Shown here one piece after another: positions 24,987 to 38,064 of a DNA stretch of 64,000 nt (position 1 is its first letter; every line of letters starts with the position of its first letter). Origin of the DNA: Orbicella franksi. Its lineage: Eukaryota. The notes beneath the pieces are model-generated. The model made no database searches. It worked only from the letters and a program-made list of their open reading frames with translations, and had not been told where the DNA came from. Where the stretch lies: assembly GCA_964199315.1 (NCBI GenBank), contig OZ116698.1, forward strand, positions 23,002,001 through 23,066,000, written 5' to 3'. A program made the translations under genes and the position numbers.

Positions 24987-27900
24987 TCACGTCGCGGCAA
25001 ACTCCAGTGTCTCTCCAAGGCTGAGAACAAGACGCCTCATCTCGTCATCAGACGCCCAGTCGATACCACTTCCTACGATGAGGCCCTGAAACAGGACAGG
25101 AGTTACATACAGTAAAAATCCTCGTGCAAGACTGTTATAAGAATGTTCGTACGTACACATGTGGTGCTTACTGAGAACTGATTTAGGCTACTGTGAAATC
25201 CCAAATTCAAGAAACAATCGATTTTTCGAACTTCCCGATAACTCGAACCAAAAGACTTCTTTTCCCTCACCACCTCAGTCGATCACTGTAATTTTACCCC
25301 CGAATTCTCCAACTATCCGATTTTTCAAACGAAATTTTCGTTTCCCTCCGTTGGAGGTTCGAGAAATCGGGATTCCACTGTCGTTTGCTGCTGGTTCAGT
25401 AACTGGAATCTTGGTCGGAATAAGTTTAGGTGATCGAATGAATGCGAGTGCAATTAAGGATTTAGGGCCTGTTTACAAGGAGGGATGGTTACCCTGGCAA
25501 GCGGGTTAACCCTAGCTGGACGGGAAAAGATAGCCCGGGTTTACAAGCAAATTTCGCGGGTAGGGTAACCCTACAACCCGGGACAACTTAATGCGCGGTT
25601 ATACTCAAAGGGTCCGGAAACAATTAGAAAGTTAACCCGGCTGGGCGAGTTAACCCTACCTGGAGGGTTTACAAGGGAAAAAGATAACCCGCCTGCCAGG
25701 GTAACCCTAGCACATAGATAGGGTAACCCGACTACCCAGGTAACCCTGGCTGCCCTGTAAACATGATGAAGGAAAAAAAGGAAATGTGCGAGTGCTAGGG
25801 CAACCCGTTTGCTAGGGTAACTCTTTTTCCTTGTAAACAGGCCAACAGACTACGAATTATATTTGAAAATTCTCTCCACTTGCACTCTCAAATATCACTC
25901 GTAAATGTAATTACTCATTACTCATTCATTATATGACTGAGGAAATCACGAAAGCGCACGCGTTAACTTACACTGCAGAGCAAATTAAGAATTAAAGATA
26001 AATTGGCCTGCTCTTAGCCAATCACAATGAAGTAATTTTCTCAGTTATGTAATATAACGAGAAACAAAACTCCTCCCCCGAATCGACGATAAACTGCAAT
26101 TGGCGCTAAAACCAAAAGTCCCACTTTTTCCATCGTTAAACTGGTGGGAAGGGTGGTCTTAATTTTTCACTGATTTATATTGACCAAGATTGTAGTCTAA
26201 TGGGTGTTTTCCCTTCCTTACTCACAGGACACATGTCTCATATTTCAGGATAATAACGGTTAACCCTTTGTTGCAGCAAACAACAAGCACTTTGCGTTGA
26301 CGCAGGGCTAACACTCAAAACATCAGCTTCACTAACGCGCTTCGGCAGTTAATTTACCTTTATCAACTTCAAGTTGACAAATTGCTCAGCAGTATTTCAC
26401 TTGCTCACCGACGCAGCCCAACAGTTTCCGGCTTAAAAAACTCGTTCATGCAGTAAGAACCAGTCATTTTGATTTTTACCGAAAGGCAGGACTGTTTTAC
26501 TCCTTGGAAATAGCAAGCGCCATGTGACCTACCTGAAAAACATTTCTGACGATGTCAATCTTTTCTACTTTCAGTGCTATCTGTTGTTTCAATCTGAAAA
26601 AGAATACGGACGCGTTACTTCAACTTGCCGTTTATTTGTGGAGAAAACATGAATGAGGAATGAAAAGAAAAAAACGATCAATCTGAGCGATGCACTCGTT
26701 CTGGCTCCAATCCGCGCCGTGTACGTTTGGAATCACAACTTGTGCGCTGTGAGGCTGGAAAAATATTTCGTTCGAGAAACACTGCAATACCACACGAAAG
26801 ACAATCAGGAGTCAGTACTCTACACATGCTTGTTGTTTGCAGCACTCGCACAATGGAATTCTGTTTGAATGCTGCTCCAAACTGATGGATTTGTGAACAG
26901 TCCGACAGATTGTAAGTTTGCTTGAAAAACCATACAGCGTGAAAAAAAGACTTGGAATATACATACATCCTAGTCATTTTCCCAAAAAAAACATAGGAAA
27001 AATAAGAGGAAATTAGCAAGAATATAGGAGATTTATAGGAGGATTTTCAGGCACTCACAAATGAAATTCTTAGGTTCAAACAAAATTTAATGAGTCTTGC
27101 ATCATTTCTGAGACTGTATTTACATGTATTTGAAACTAAGACACTAGTTTACAATGTGCTCAGTATCATTCAACTGTCCAGAAATAACATAATTGAACCA
27201 CAGGTGACAAGAGAGAAAGCTTGTACACTCAATACAAACCTCGCGTGAACTGTGAGCTGCCTTTTTTGTTTTTCACCATTTTATTTCATTTTTCTTGAAC
27301 TGTATTTATAGGAAATATAGGAGTTTTTAGCCTATTATAGGAGTTTTATAGAATTCTATAAAATAAATAGGAAAAATACTGGGATGTATGAATATAATAA
27401 ATGACGGGTTTTGCAATTACAGTCGAACCTCTCCACAACGGTTACCTTGGGGACAGAGAAAAGTGGCAGTTGTATAAAGGTGGCCGTTAGTGGAGAAATC
27501 CAACATGTCCCTGACCTTGAACCCCTGACCTTCATTTCCCAATGATATTCCTGGTTCACATTGATACTTACTGTTGCATTGTAGCATTGTCTGTGCTTGA
27601 GGATGCAACATTTTCCTTTTCATCCCTCAATTTCTAGCGAATTTGGGCAAAAATAAGGTTATAAGAGTCAGGCTACATATCAAATTCAGGATTTAGTAAC
27701 ACCGATTGGCAATGTAAAACTAGTAGATCTGTGAGTTGCGTCATAATAGTATGACAACAATGTTTGCGAACAACAACTTTCTACAGACCCCATAACTAGC
27801 AAGAGCAGCATATATCTTTAGTCGCTGCATTAAGGGAACAAAATAGGAAAACTACATCAGATGTTCTTGTCGACTACAAACGCTACAAGCAGGGGTGCAA

Positions 27901-30900
27901 CAAGGGTGCTAAAAAAGACGACGTACTAAACAAAAAGGCCAGCAAAAGAGGCACAACTTTTTAAACAATTTGTCATGGAATCATAAATCCACTGGCTGAA
28001 GTAAAAGAATTTTGACTGAGCATAACTTTGCAACTCAATCCTGCATGTAAACATTGTTAAATTTGTTCTCTCCCTGTCTCCCCTCTGCCTCTACTTTAAA
28101 AGCCTTCTTTAAACCTTTTCAGGGTTGCCCCTTTAAACAACGATTTTAGGTCTTTAGGATTAATTGGAAAAGTGATATTAAATTTTTCTGTTTCTGTACT
28201 ATTGATTTTATGTAAAAACATCCTCACCTGAATCTGTTTCATAAGTCCTCGGTTTTCCTTTTTTATCTCTGTTGAAAGTACATTATTCAAGTTCAGTTTT
28301 ACTTACTACTGAAAAACAAGCCTGCCCTACTCTACCAGAGGAGAAAAGGAATTAAGTCAAGCAGGTGAACAAAAACAAGAAATGCAACTTGAGGAGCCAA
28401 TAACATATTACAAGGCTTAAGCCCTGGCCAAACAGGCACTTGCATTGACTTGCACCCACTTTGGCTGATATCAAATTCGCACACAAGTAGACACAAGTTT
28501 TCCACCATTTGGCCAACCAATCCAAGTCAACACAAGTTGAGCCATATCCAAGTTGAGAGAGCGATGGTTACATTTTGGTCACATGGGACTAAAGCTGGTA
28601 GCCTTGAAATGGTTTGTTTTGTAACTGGCGTGTTTTTGCAAGGAATCTTGCGAGTCCACTTGGCCACTCAATTCAAGTCTCTACGCAAGCTCAACTTGCA
28701 GCTACTTGCGATTCCTTTTGGCCACTCAACTCAAGATTCTACGCAAGCTCAACTTACAGCTACTTGCGAGTCCATTAGGCCACTCAATTCAAGACTCTAC
28801 GCAAGCTCAACTTATGGCTACTTGCAAGTTCATTTGGTCAGCACTTTACGATGGTAATCGAGGCAAGGACCCTTACAGAGAAACAGATGGTTTGTATGTG
28901 GTTAGACTTCCTTGTTATAGTAGAATATAATAAACAGGGTCAAAAAATGATCACTGGCTGAAACAAAAACACTTTGACTGACCATAACTTTGTTGCTTCA
29001 GTCTGTCTAAAGTAGTTTGGGCTTCTGATAAGACCTAAGAAAAATAAAAATAATTATATTCTTAGTGACATCAATAAATGGAAACAGGTAAAATATCTTA
29101 GGGAGAAAAAGAAGTCATTTCCAGTGACTGGATTCTGATCCAAGATGAACAGTTTTCCTCTTGGTTGATCAGACAAGAATTGTTTTGACTTCTGTGATGG
29201 TCTGAAACAGTCTGTCTATTGATGCATGCTTAATGGTGACCATGTGTAATAATTTATTTGTAGTTCATAATCTCTATTAATCAATCAATGTACACATCAC
29301 TAATTTGTTTCTGTATTTCCTTATTTATTTCTTGATAGTGTATTAACTGTATTTATGTATAATCTGACCTACAAAATTTTTAAATATTATTTTATTTGAA
29401 GATTATTTCCAGTCCGTACTGCGCACTCTTGAGAGTTTGTGTTTTTTGTTTTGTTTCATGCAAGACATCACAAAACGTAAACATTTTGCAACTACTTACA
29501 TGAGGTAAATTCAAAGTTTCGAAACAACCGCTATTATGGATGTGAAATGGTCGAAGCTTCATGCTTCGCTCTTTCTCACATCACTTGATTAAACAACTTT
29601 GCAGCTGTAAAAATCAATGAAGGTGTTCGAAAAAGAATTTGAAAGGCCTCAAAGATAAGGTATGTGGTCTGTAACAAATAACATTGATTTGCATTCCATC
29701 AAGCGAGATTTATTTTGTTTATAAACATTAGGATGCTGCGACTGCACAGTAAACTGGAAATCATCTTTAATGGGTACTCAACTTATCAATTTAGCTTTTT
29801 ATAATTATTTTGAGTGCCTTGCTCCCAATTTTCCATTAAATATATTGAAAAATCATTTCATCATGGTATTGGAGATACAAATAATTTGTTGTTGTTGGCA
29901 AACGTTTCAAAAACCACACAACAGCTGTCCTAAGTCCCTCTCCTTTTTTTCTTTTTTTTTTTTTAAAAAAAATCTAAATAACCTTCTTCCCCCCAACAGG
30001 CATTAATTTTTGTTTGCAATCTTTTACATACATATATCATATGAAAGGTGCAAATCAAGAGGGAAAAAAGTGAAAAAGTGATTCTAACCTCATGTTCCAC
30101 AAGAATCTCACTGCTAAGCTTGTTTTGTTTTTCACACAATTTGGCAAAAGCACTAAAAAAAGAAGAAAAGTTAGCGAGAGGCAGTCATAAGGTTCATTGC
30201 TAACACCAATAATATTAACTCTTAAAAAAGGACAAGTTAACACAAAAAAAGACAAAAATGGCTAAAAGTAAAGCGTTAACAGTACCATGAACCTGGAAAG
30301 CATGCTAATAGGCTATGCTACAAATCTGTCCGCATGCATTGTGTGCCTACAATAAGGGCCATCAATTTACAAAAAGCAAAGTTACTAAATCAATTTAAAA
30401 AAATATGTTAGCTTCTATGCATAGAATTATTGCTCAACACTTTGTCATCATCATCATTGCCTGTAGCTCCGTCTGGGGCAAAGGCCACCAGTAGGCACCC
30501 TCCAGTCATCATGGTCCTGGGCCAGTCGTTGCAACTCTCCCCATGTGTAGCCATTTCTCCTCATGTCTGCCTCTAGGTCACGGCGTCCTGGGTTTCTTGG
30601 TCGGCCCCTCTTCCTTTTCCCCTGAGGGTTCCAGGTGAGGGCTTGCCTTGTGATGTTAGATGAGGACTTCCGAAGGGTGTGGCCGATCGACTTCCAACGT
30701 CTTTGAAAGATGTCAACTTCTTTAGGCTGCTGTCTCGAACAAAATGTTGATGTAATGAAGACATCAACATTTTGTAGATATTTTGTATTTTGTCTGGGGC
30801 AAAGGCCACCAGTAGGCACCCTCCAGTCATCATGGTCCTGGGCCAGTCGTTGCAACTCTCCCCATGTGTAGCCATTTCTCCTCATGTCTGCCTCTAGGTC

Positions 30901-31320
30901 ACGGCGTCACGGGTTTCTTGGTCGGCCCCTCTTCCTTTTCCCCTGAGGGTTCCAGGTGAGGGCTTGCCTTGTGATGTTAGATGAGGACTTCCGAAGGGTG
31001 TGGCCGATCGACTTCCAACGTCTTTGAAAGATGTCAACTTCTTTAGGCTGCTGTCTCGAACAAAATGTTGATGTAATGAAGACATCAACATTTTGTAGAT
31101 ATTTACATATTTAACTGGGATTTTTACTGTGGTAGTAGAGGTGTTGAGTGGGAACTGATTTTATAAATTTGGTAAAACTCCAAAATTGAAATAAAAAGCA
31201 CAAGCAGATTCTACAATAATTTCCCTCTGGTATGATTAGATTTTAGTTTCTAGGTATATATTTTATGGCAGGTCCACACCAGCCCTCTGGGTTGCCAGAC
31301 GCAGACCTGCCTCATCAAAA

Positions 31321-31353
<33 letters not shown>

Positions 31354-33534
31354 TGTATGTATGTATGTATGTATGTATGTATGTATGTATGTATGTGTTT
31401 ACCATACTTATAGACACCACGGGTAGTATGTTCCATGGGGTGTATTCAAATACGTACCCTCCACTCCTACAAACATGTACATTATAAGCATCACGCTTGA
31501 CTTACTTCATTTCTTCAGTTTGTTCTTCTGTTGGTGAATCTGTCACAACATCTGGGAACAATTTTTTAATCAATTGGTCACCACACAAAAGCCTATTAGA
31601 CAAATAGAAGAAGCCTTCTTTGTTAATGAATTATTTCTAATAAATAAATAAATTAATTAATTAATTAACCTTTATTTACCCTCGGCAATGTTTATAGCAC
31701 AAGTGCTAGTGGGGCCGAGCAAACAACTGAAACAAATACTAAAAACTAATAAGAGACTACTTGAAAAGAAGGATACTTCATCAAACTTAAGGCTTATAGC
31801 AAGGGTAGAGCAGTAGGGGGAGGGGGAGGGGGACTTATGGAGACTTATCGTAGGAGAAATATATTTACATCTGAGTTTGTGAGAACTCATTTTCAGGAGG
31901 GCCAAAGTGTTTTCTGTGGGAGGGGGCCGTGGTGGGGGAGTAAGAGATACTTACTATCAGAATCATATACACCTTACTCCAAAATGGCGGCCAATTTATT
32001 ATTCTTTTGTCTGCATGTTAATTAGCCCTCTTTGCCTCATTTTCACTTCAAAATTCTTTTGTATTTTGTACATGTTGACAAGGCAAAGAGGGCTAATTAC
32101 CATGTAAACAAAAGAATAATAAACATCTGCCATTTTGGAATAAGGTGTAATAAGGTAACTTGCAAAATTAACTTTCTTACAGCTGTTTGGTTCGTGTGGA
32201 TCTAAGCACTCCTTTGAAGGTAATGCACATAGGACTAGCACGCTTGTAGCTGTAACTCACCATCCACTAGTCATAACCATAGCTTTCTTAAACAGGACAA
32301 TGTGATGCAACTAACCTGTCTAGTACTAGCTTCTTATATGATCGGGCTGTTGAGAGGGAATAGAGCTGATCTTGCAACTTGGATATCCTACCATAAATCA
32401 ATGTTAAAATACAACATGATGAATTGGCAAATAACTGTGAAACAATAGAGACCATAATTTATTAAGAGAGTTGCCTGTTAGTAATTCTTTATTCAGCTCT
32501 TTAAATAATTTTACATCTAGAAATACTACAATGAAGTGTTTGCAAATTTTGAATTCATATAATGCCTCACATCTACAACTTCTGCTGCTAAACAATTTTC
32601 ACATCACTGAATCATTAATGCTTTCTTTGAAAGAAATATATTATTTTTTTGATGCATGACATGACTTAAAACAAGAAAATCAGAATGGGTGTTAAAAGAC
32701 CAAACAGACCTGGAAAAAATCTTCAGATTACAAACATGACAAATACAGTGTGCATGTATGACCCTCACAGGCTGCAGTAATCCTAGAAAAGTAAGGCCAC
32801 CCCCTTTTTTTTTTCTCTGTTTAGCGAAAGTGAAAATGGAAGGTTGGTGGTACGGTGGGCAGGTGAAATTAGCCTCAGCAGTCTTGTTAGTTGATAAGGA
32901 ATGAACATTGCACACCTATTGAGCAAGTAATACTTAGTGGGGGGAAATGAAAACTGAAATGTACTGGCCTTACTGGGCAACTGGATTTCAATTTTTTTCC
33001 TGCCCTGGACAAGCCTCTATACTTTATAAACGTACACAATAACTGTACACATACCTTTCATAAAGGTCTGATTGTGATGACTCACTAGATGAGGGCTGTA
33101 GGTCCTCACGTTGCTGAAGGCGTCCTGAATAACAAACAGACAACAAATCGGAGGACAAAAACAGTTGATCACCCATCAGAGGAAGCGTCTCGTCAAAAAA
33201 AGAGCAGTTGTACTATTTTGACAGGCTTTTCTGAGTTGCAAGACTCCTTGTTCATAACTATTCATTCATGTGTTAGAATTAGCAACTTACGAACGAGTAA
33301 TTCTGCCTCGTGGTTTATCTTCTGCTGTTGAAGCCAGTCTTTGCACTTTTTCAGTTCCAAAAGAGGGTTTCTTTCCTCGTCGTCCTGTTCATCAAGAATA
33401 TCACCTGAGTTTTCATTTTCGTCTTCACTGCCGTCTTCCACAGTTAAACTTCTGGGTGCTACAGGACCCTTGGTTTCTAGCAATTCTTCACCCATCGTCC
33501 TTTCTTCAAGCGGCTCCTCCGAATTTGCCGCCAT
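24987..33534 (-). CDS. CENPH: Centromere protein H (CCAN subunit); 10 exons (33534-33291, 33124-33055, 32387-32316, 31592-31506, 30152-30089, 29034-28983, 28268-28228, 27633-27572, 26593-26533, 25085-24987), 283 aa
   Basis: Most exons are too short for the ORF track. GT-AG junctions give a continuous 852-nt frame encoding a coiled-coil protein. [11 protein letters not shown] and the C-terminal [31 protein letters not shown] match the CENP-H motifs I recall from human (KKLALDRM; VIQHVFQNLILGSKVNWAEDPALKEIVL). Confidence 0.85.
25466..25843. mobile_element. Harbinger-like MITE with internal GGGTTAACCC/GGGTAACCC subrepeats (CENPH last intron)
   Basis: TIRs GGCCTGTTTACAAGGA / TCCTTGTAAACAGGCC, with many internal palindromic subrepeats. 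No clean TSD is visible. Confidence 0.75.
28648..28830. repeat. Three 58-bp tandem units inside a non-autonomous element starting near 28421
   Basis: GGCCACTCAA recurs with a 58-bp period (about 28661, 28719, 28777), each copy followed by CTACGCAAGCTCAACTT...CTACTTGC. Confidence 0.8.
30446..31104 (-). mobile_element. 5'-truncated RTE-clade LINE 3' fragment, tandemly duplicated with a 321-bp period, in CENPH intron 4
   Basis: It encodes [37 protein letters not shown]...[10 protein letters not shown]...W...GGLCP, the typical RTE ORF C-terminus, and ends in a (TGA)n tandem tail. Segments 30471-30783 and 30792-31104 are near-identical. Confidence 0.85.
31324..31396. repeat. (TATG)n microsatellite
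   Basis: About 18 perfect tetranucleotide units in CENPH intron 4. Confidence 0.95.
31968..32149. mobile_element. Palindromic MITE (CENPH intron 3)
   Basis: Inverted arms TACACCTTACTCCAAAATGGC...TAATTAGCCCTCTTTGCCT / AGGCAAAGAGGGCTAATTA...GCCATTTTGGAATAAGGTGTA. Confidence 0.8.
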
Positions 33535-33837
33535 CTTGTCCCAAACAAGCTTTTCTCGCACCCAGATTCCTGCAAGATTGAGCCCAGGCTTATTTCTCAG
33601 TCTGGGGTGGGGGGGGCCTCTAGCAGTGGTTGTCGAGAAAGAAGCTAATTGTTTTATACTTCTACTCATTTTTTTAAAATAAAAAGTGCTTCATTGTTTT
33701 TAAATTGGAAGAAAATTCTATAAACGGAAGTTTGAAATTAAATTGTCACATAAGTGGTCAAAGAGTCAGTGATAAATACTTTCTCCCCTCACCCCTACAC
33801 TAGGGATAAAGAAAACTATTGTTGCCTTGGATTCAAG
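33535..33837. promoter_or_regulatory. Bidirectional promoter between CENPH and TPGS2
   Basis: The divergent ATGs are only 303 bp apart. The interval has a CHR-like TTTGAA (33731-33736) next to an ETS-like CGGAAGT, an inverted CCAAT (ATTGG near 33706), and YY1-type motifs over both start codons. Confidence 0.7.
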
Positions 33838-34202
33838 ATGGCGTCCTTGAATGAACACAGTCGAGTGAGGGAATTGTTTGATTCTATGACCTTGGGAGTA
33901 GTTCGATCGCTAGGTAAGTTTGCCATCTTTAGATTTCCTTAGCTATTCAAGAAGTAAATGCAAAAAGAGGACAAAATGAGCGTTCAATTGCAGAAAATCC
34001 AAACCGAACCTCAAAAATCTCACATCACAAGTGAAATGTTTCCAGTACTGATCACTGTGGTAATAATCTTTTTCTTAGAGAAGAAGCCTGGTGTAACAGA
34101 TGTGCGTCTACTGGATAGGCAACCAGCAGAAAAACATATTATATTTACTTGGGAGCAGGTAGGTTCATCAGCCCAACTAATCAATTTAAGTCAACCAGTC
34201 TG

Positions 34203-34244
<42 letters not shown>

Positions 34245-36921
34245 GATCAATCAATAGATCAATCAATCAATCAATCGATCAATCAAACAAAACATCATTC
34301 AATCAATTGTAAGTCACCATTTTATACATGGAAGAGCATCAATAATGCATTAGTCTAAATTATACATATATCCTCACTATTTGACAGAAAAACATGTGTA
34401 TCCTGCCGGACGACTTGAAGAACTTTTTCCTCACAACAAATGGACTGTTGATTCAGTGGAGCATTAAGTTTGATGGTAATTTTAAGGTCATGGATTTAAA
34501 GAAATGAAATAAACAAATCATTGTCAGAAATACTAAAATATCAGCAACATTGATAGTGTATGTGTAGAAAGTCAGTCCAAGCCACTGCCACGACCAGTGC
34601 TGATCCTTAAAAAGAAGTCCATTTTGCTTCTTATCCACTGGATAAATCACTATCCAGTGGATGGCACAGTTTGTTTTGTCAACCTTTGTACCCTGGATGG
34701 TGATTTATCCAGTGGGTACTGTTTTTCAGCCTTTGAATAACTGGGGCCAGGCTTGTATAGTGAGTAAGGTGCTAGAATATTTTATTCATTGTTCTTATTT
34801 ACTTTAACCAAATCCCAACAAACCTTTGAAGTTGTGATATTTACATGAAACGTAAGTCTTGATTAACTTTTTTAGGAAGTGTTTTACCACTGGGAAAGAT
34901 GGAACTTAATCCGGTGGCAGGGCTGGTGTTGCTCTCTAAAGCAACTTCCATTAGTGACGACAAGCCTTCATTGGCTGACTTAGATTCAGATTCAGACGAA
35001 GAGGATAACCAAGGTACGGTTGCGGTAAACCACATCAAAATTGTATTTGACCAACACAACCACCCAAGCAAGTCAGAATTATAAAAAAGAAATTGTTTCA
35101 TTTGTTGTGATGGAGACAATTGAGATTCTAGTGGAAAGATTCCATACTAACTTAACCCAGCACTACAGATCTATAGGTAATCAAATCACGGAAGAATTTC
35201 AAGGGAAGGCTGAAGGATTGCTCCTCTCTACCTTTTGTCTGGGAAATTTAAAATTTGTTATTCAAGTCTTTGAGCTCAAGATTGAAAGGATTGAATAGAT
35301 CTGACAAAGTTTCTGAGTATCCAATTCTAAATGTGCCTCTTGACTTTGTTTAATCTCTTTCCCCAGGTCATATCAAGCCACACTTTGATAATCGCTGCAA
35401 GCTTTTTGAACTTGATCCTTGTGATGGATATGGTAAAGTCTGCCTGGTTTACAAAGACATAAAAGCTGGTATGTCAAAGTCAGGTGAACGTAAACTCATG
35501 AATCTAAACATGTTGGTTCCTGCTGTGAAGAGCAAGCAAGTAGATTTGAAAGCTGGTGGAGGAGGGGTGGCCTCATGGTTAGTGCGTCCACCTCCAGATC
35601 GAACGGTCCAGTTCAAGCCCTGGTCAGGGACATTGTGTTGTGTGCCTCTCTCCACCCAGGTGTATAAATGGGTACTGGGAAATTTAATGCTGGGGGGTAG
35701 CCCTGTGATGGATTAGCATCCCAGCCAGGGGGGGGGGGGGGGAGTAGACATACTCCTAGTCGCATCATGCAACTGAAACCGGAGATAAGCCTGATGGGTC
35801 ACTTGGTCTGTATGCTGACTTAACCTACCTTACCTTCAAAGTTAATACCAACAGTCTTACTTTTTATTTTTTAGGGGTAACAACAAGCCAACCAGAGATA
35901 TGGTTTCTTGATCGTTCACTGGAATGGTGGTATCTTGCCTCCTGTTTCACAGAATACTTTAGAATGATGATAGTTCACCTTGGTCTTCCACTCTGGCAAT
36001 ACCTTTTTACTGCAACAGGACTCAGTCCAGAAACAAAGGTCAGTTAAGTTTACTTTAATTTTGTAATATTGTAGTTTGGATTGCACCAAAACTGCTCTTT
36101 CAAATTCATTGACTCAATAAGCTTTTGTGTTGGCCTAGTTCCTGCAGTGAATGCCTTTCTTCAGGCCTTGATCTTGTTTTTATTTTGGATTGACTACGTC
36201 AAAGGTCATCAAAATGAAGGCATGAAAGTAGGACCTAGGCAACCACAGTAGTAGGCTCAACGTCTGCTCTTCTCTCAAGTGTGGACTACATTTCTCTCAG
36301 AGAAGAGAACCTTTGGGGGAGGAATGTGAGCTCCTTTCCCAACAGCAGCTAGTAAGAGCTTTTACTAAGAGTATTTTCATGAATGTAACTGAACAATTCA
36401 AAATAATTATTTGAATGGCTGTTTCTCCTGTTAGTTAAAATGCTGTCAAAAAATCAAATAGGCCAGTATTTGATCCTGAAAAAACTCTTTCCCATCATGA
36501 GGACATTTTACACTCTACAACTCTCATTTTGGAACCCTGGCCTTAGAATAATAGCAGTATTGTAGACCATCTTTCAATTCAAAGGAAATGAGATCATTAC
36601 TGTATAAAGATATCAGCAAGTAAAGTAAAAAAAATGATTTGATTTTCTCACCAGCAATGGTTCAATCTTTATGCACCAACAAGATTAGCAATTGATATGG
36701 CCAACATGGATCAACAACCCAAGCAAAAACCAAGTGCAACAGAAGGAAACCAGTCTACCACAAACATTCCTTTTAATGCGTTAGATGTAAACAGACTCTT
36801 CAAGGGTAAATCTGACAAAGGAAAGAGTAAGCAATCGCAAGCAAAGAAACCGCCAGCAGGAAAAACTCAAAACCCAAGCCAAGGTCGACCTGGGCAGGCT
36901 GGTCGATCAGCACCAAGATGA
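33838..36921 (+). CDS. TPGS2: Tubulin polyglutamylase complex subunit 2; 7 exons (33838-33913, 34079-34158, 34388-34475, 34876-35013, 35367-35468, 35875-36038, 36655-36921), 304 aa
   Basis: The spliced frame is 915 nt. It contains MTLGVVRSLEKKPGVTDV, WEQKNMCILPDDLKNFFLTTNGLLIQWSIK, KPHFDNRCKLFELDPCDGYGKVCLVY, EIWFLDRSLEW, HLGLPLWQY, GLSPETKQWF and LDVNRLFKGK, colinear with human TPGS2 as I recall it. Confidence 0.93.
34203..34285. repeat. (ATCA)n microsatellite
   Basis: About 20 near-perfect units in TPGS2 intron 2. Confidence 0.95.
35561..35836 (+). mobile_element. tRNA-derived SINE (TPGS2 intron 5)
   Basis: It has an A-box-like GGTGGCCTCATGGTTAGTGC, a B-box-like GTTCAAGCCC and an (ACCTT)n-like tail, and is homologous to the copies at 43071-43361 and 23832-24290. 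Confidence 0.8.
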
Positions 36922-38064
36922 CACCTCAAGATCTGTGTATGTTTGATCAGGAGACTTTATTTTGCTGTTTCTCAAGCAGCTTTCACTGCCATGAAATTAT
37001 GGAAATAATATGAGCCTGGTATGAAAGATTACTACACGAGAACATGTTGACTTCAAATTGAAGGCAAACAGGCAGACAATGGCATGCCTGTGACTCACTT
37101 GACTTCCATAACCTGCAGCAATGTTCTGTGTGTGGCTGGTTAAAGGATTTGAAATTATCCATCAAATAGTTATTGCAGTTTACAGTTTGTGTTTATGCAA
37201 CACCAAGAAAAAGAGCAAGACCTCAATAAAACTCAAGTCTCTGAGGAGCCAACTTTGTAAAGTCTACATAATTACATGACATCATTCTGGACCAGACATT
37301 AAGTGCTAAATTATTATATCTACATTCTACAGTGAAAGAATTGTTCTACTAAAAAGGTACCACAACATAAAACAAGCTCATACAGTTGTAGTTACATCAA
37401 ACTCTTTCTTTATTTTGCTCGGTTAATTCTATATAGTTATGTAACTGGGGCATTCAAATTATCACTGTTTTTGAAGCTATTTTGATACTGCCAAACCCCA
37501 CCTTTTTGGAAAATGATAAAAATATTATACATGTATGGATGCGTAAAATCATATTACCGGTTATTTTGTTGTTGACTACCTTCAGTATTGTAACATTGAG
37601 GTTTAAAGTACAATTTAAGAAATTACCAAAGAATTTATCTTCCTTGCTCAATGTGGTATCTTTTGTTTTCCCGCAAGCTCCTAGTCAAGAGCACAATGTT
37701 AAAACATTAAAAGTGGCCCACATGTATCTGTTGCTATTTAATGTAAGTTATTATTAATAAAGATTAAAAAAAAGATGACTGTAAACCCCAGCACCAGCTG
37801 TTTTTGTACACATTTGAACTCAAAATTTGCTATAACATCAAGTGTGCTAATATTGCTAACAAGGCTGATATGTGCAACCCAGATGGAAACAAACAAGTAT
37901 GCTCCTTAAAACTGACTGTACATATTATATTAAAAAAATACTTCACTTAGGTAGTCTTCAGAAGAACAACATATACCCAGAACTCTGTTTTCTTTCCTAG
38001 CTTTTGGTTGGTTTGCTAACTTAAGCCTCGAGCACACTGTACATGCATATACCCATACATTACC

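Noticed and set aside
28648-28830. Regularly spaced 58-bp repeats as a CRISPR array
   Set aside because: The whole units are similar, with no unique spacers. There are no cas genes and the context is a eukaryotic intron, so this is a minisatellite within a non-autonomous element.
33262-33669. Hinderin/KIAA1328 as the gene divergent from TPGS2 (as in human)
   Set aside because: The downstream exons give CENP-H motifs, not KIAA1328 motifs.
35561-35640. tRNA gene calls at the SINE heads (also about 43280-43361 and 23832-23900)
   Set aside because: A and B boxes are present, but I see no complete cloverleaf, and each continues into a shared SINE body.
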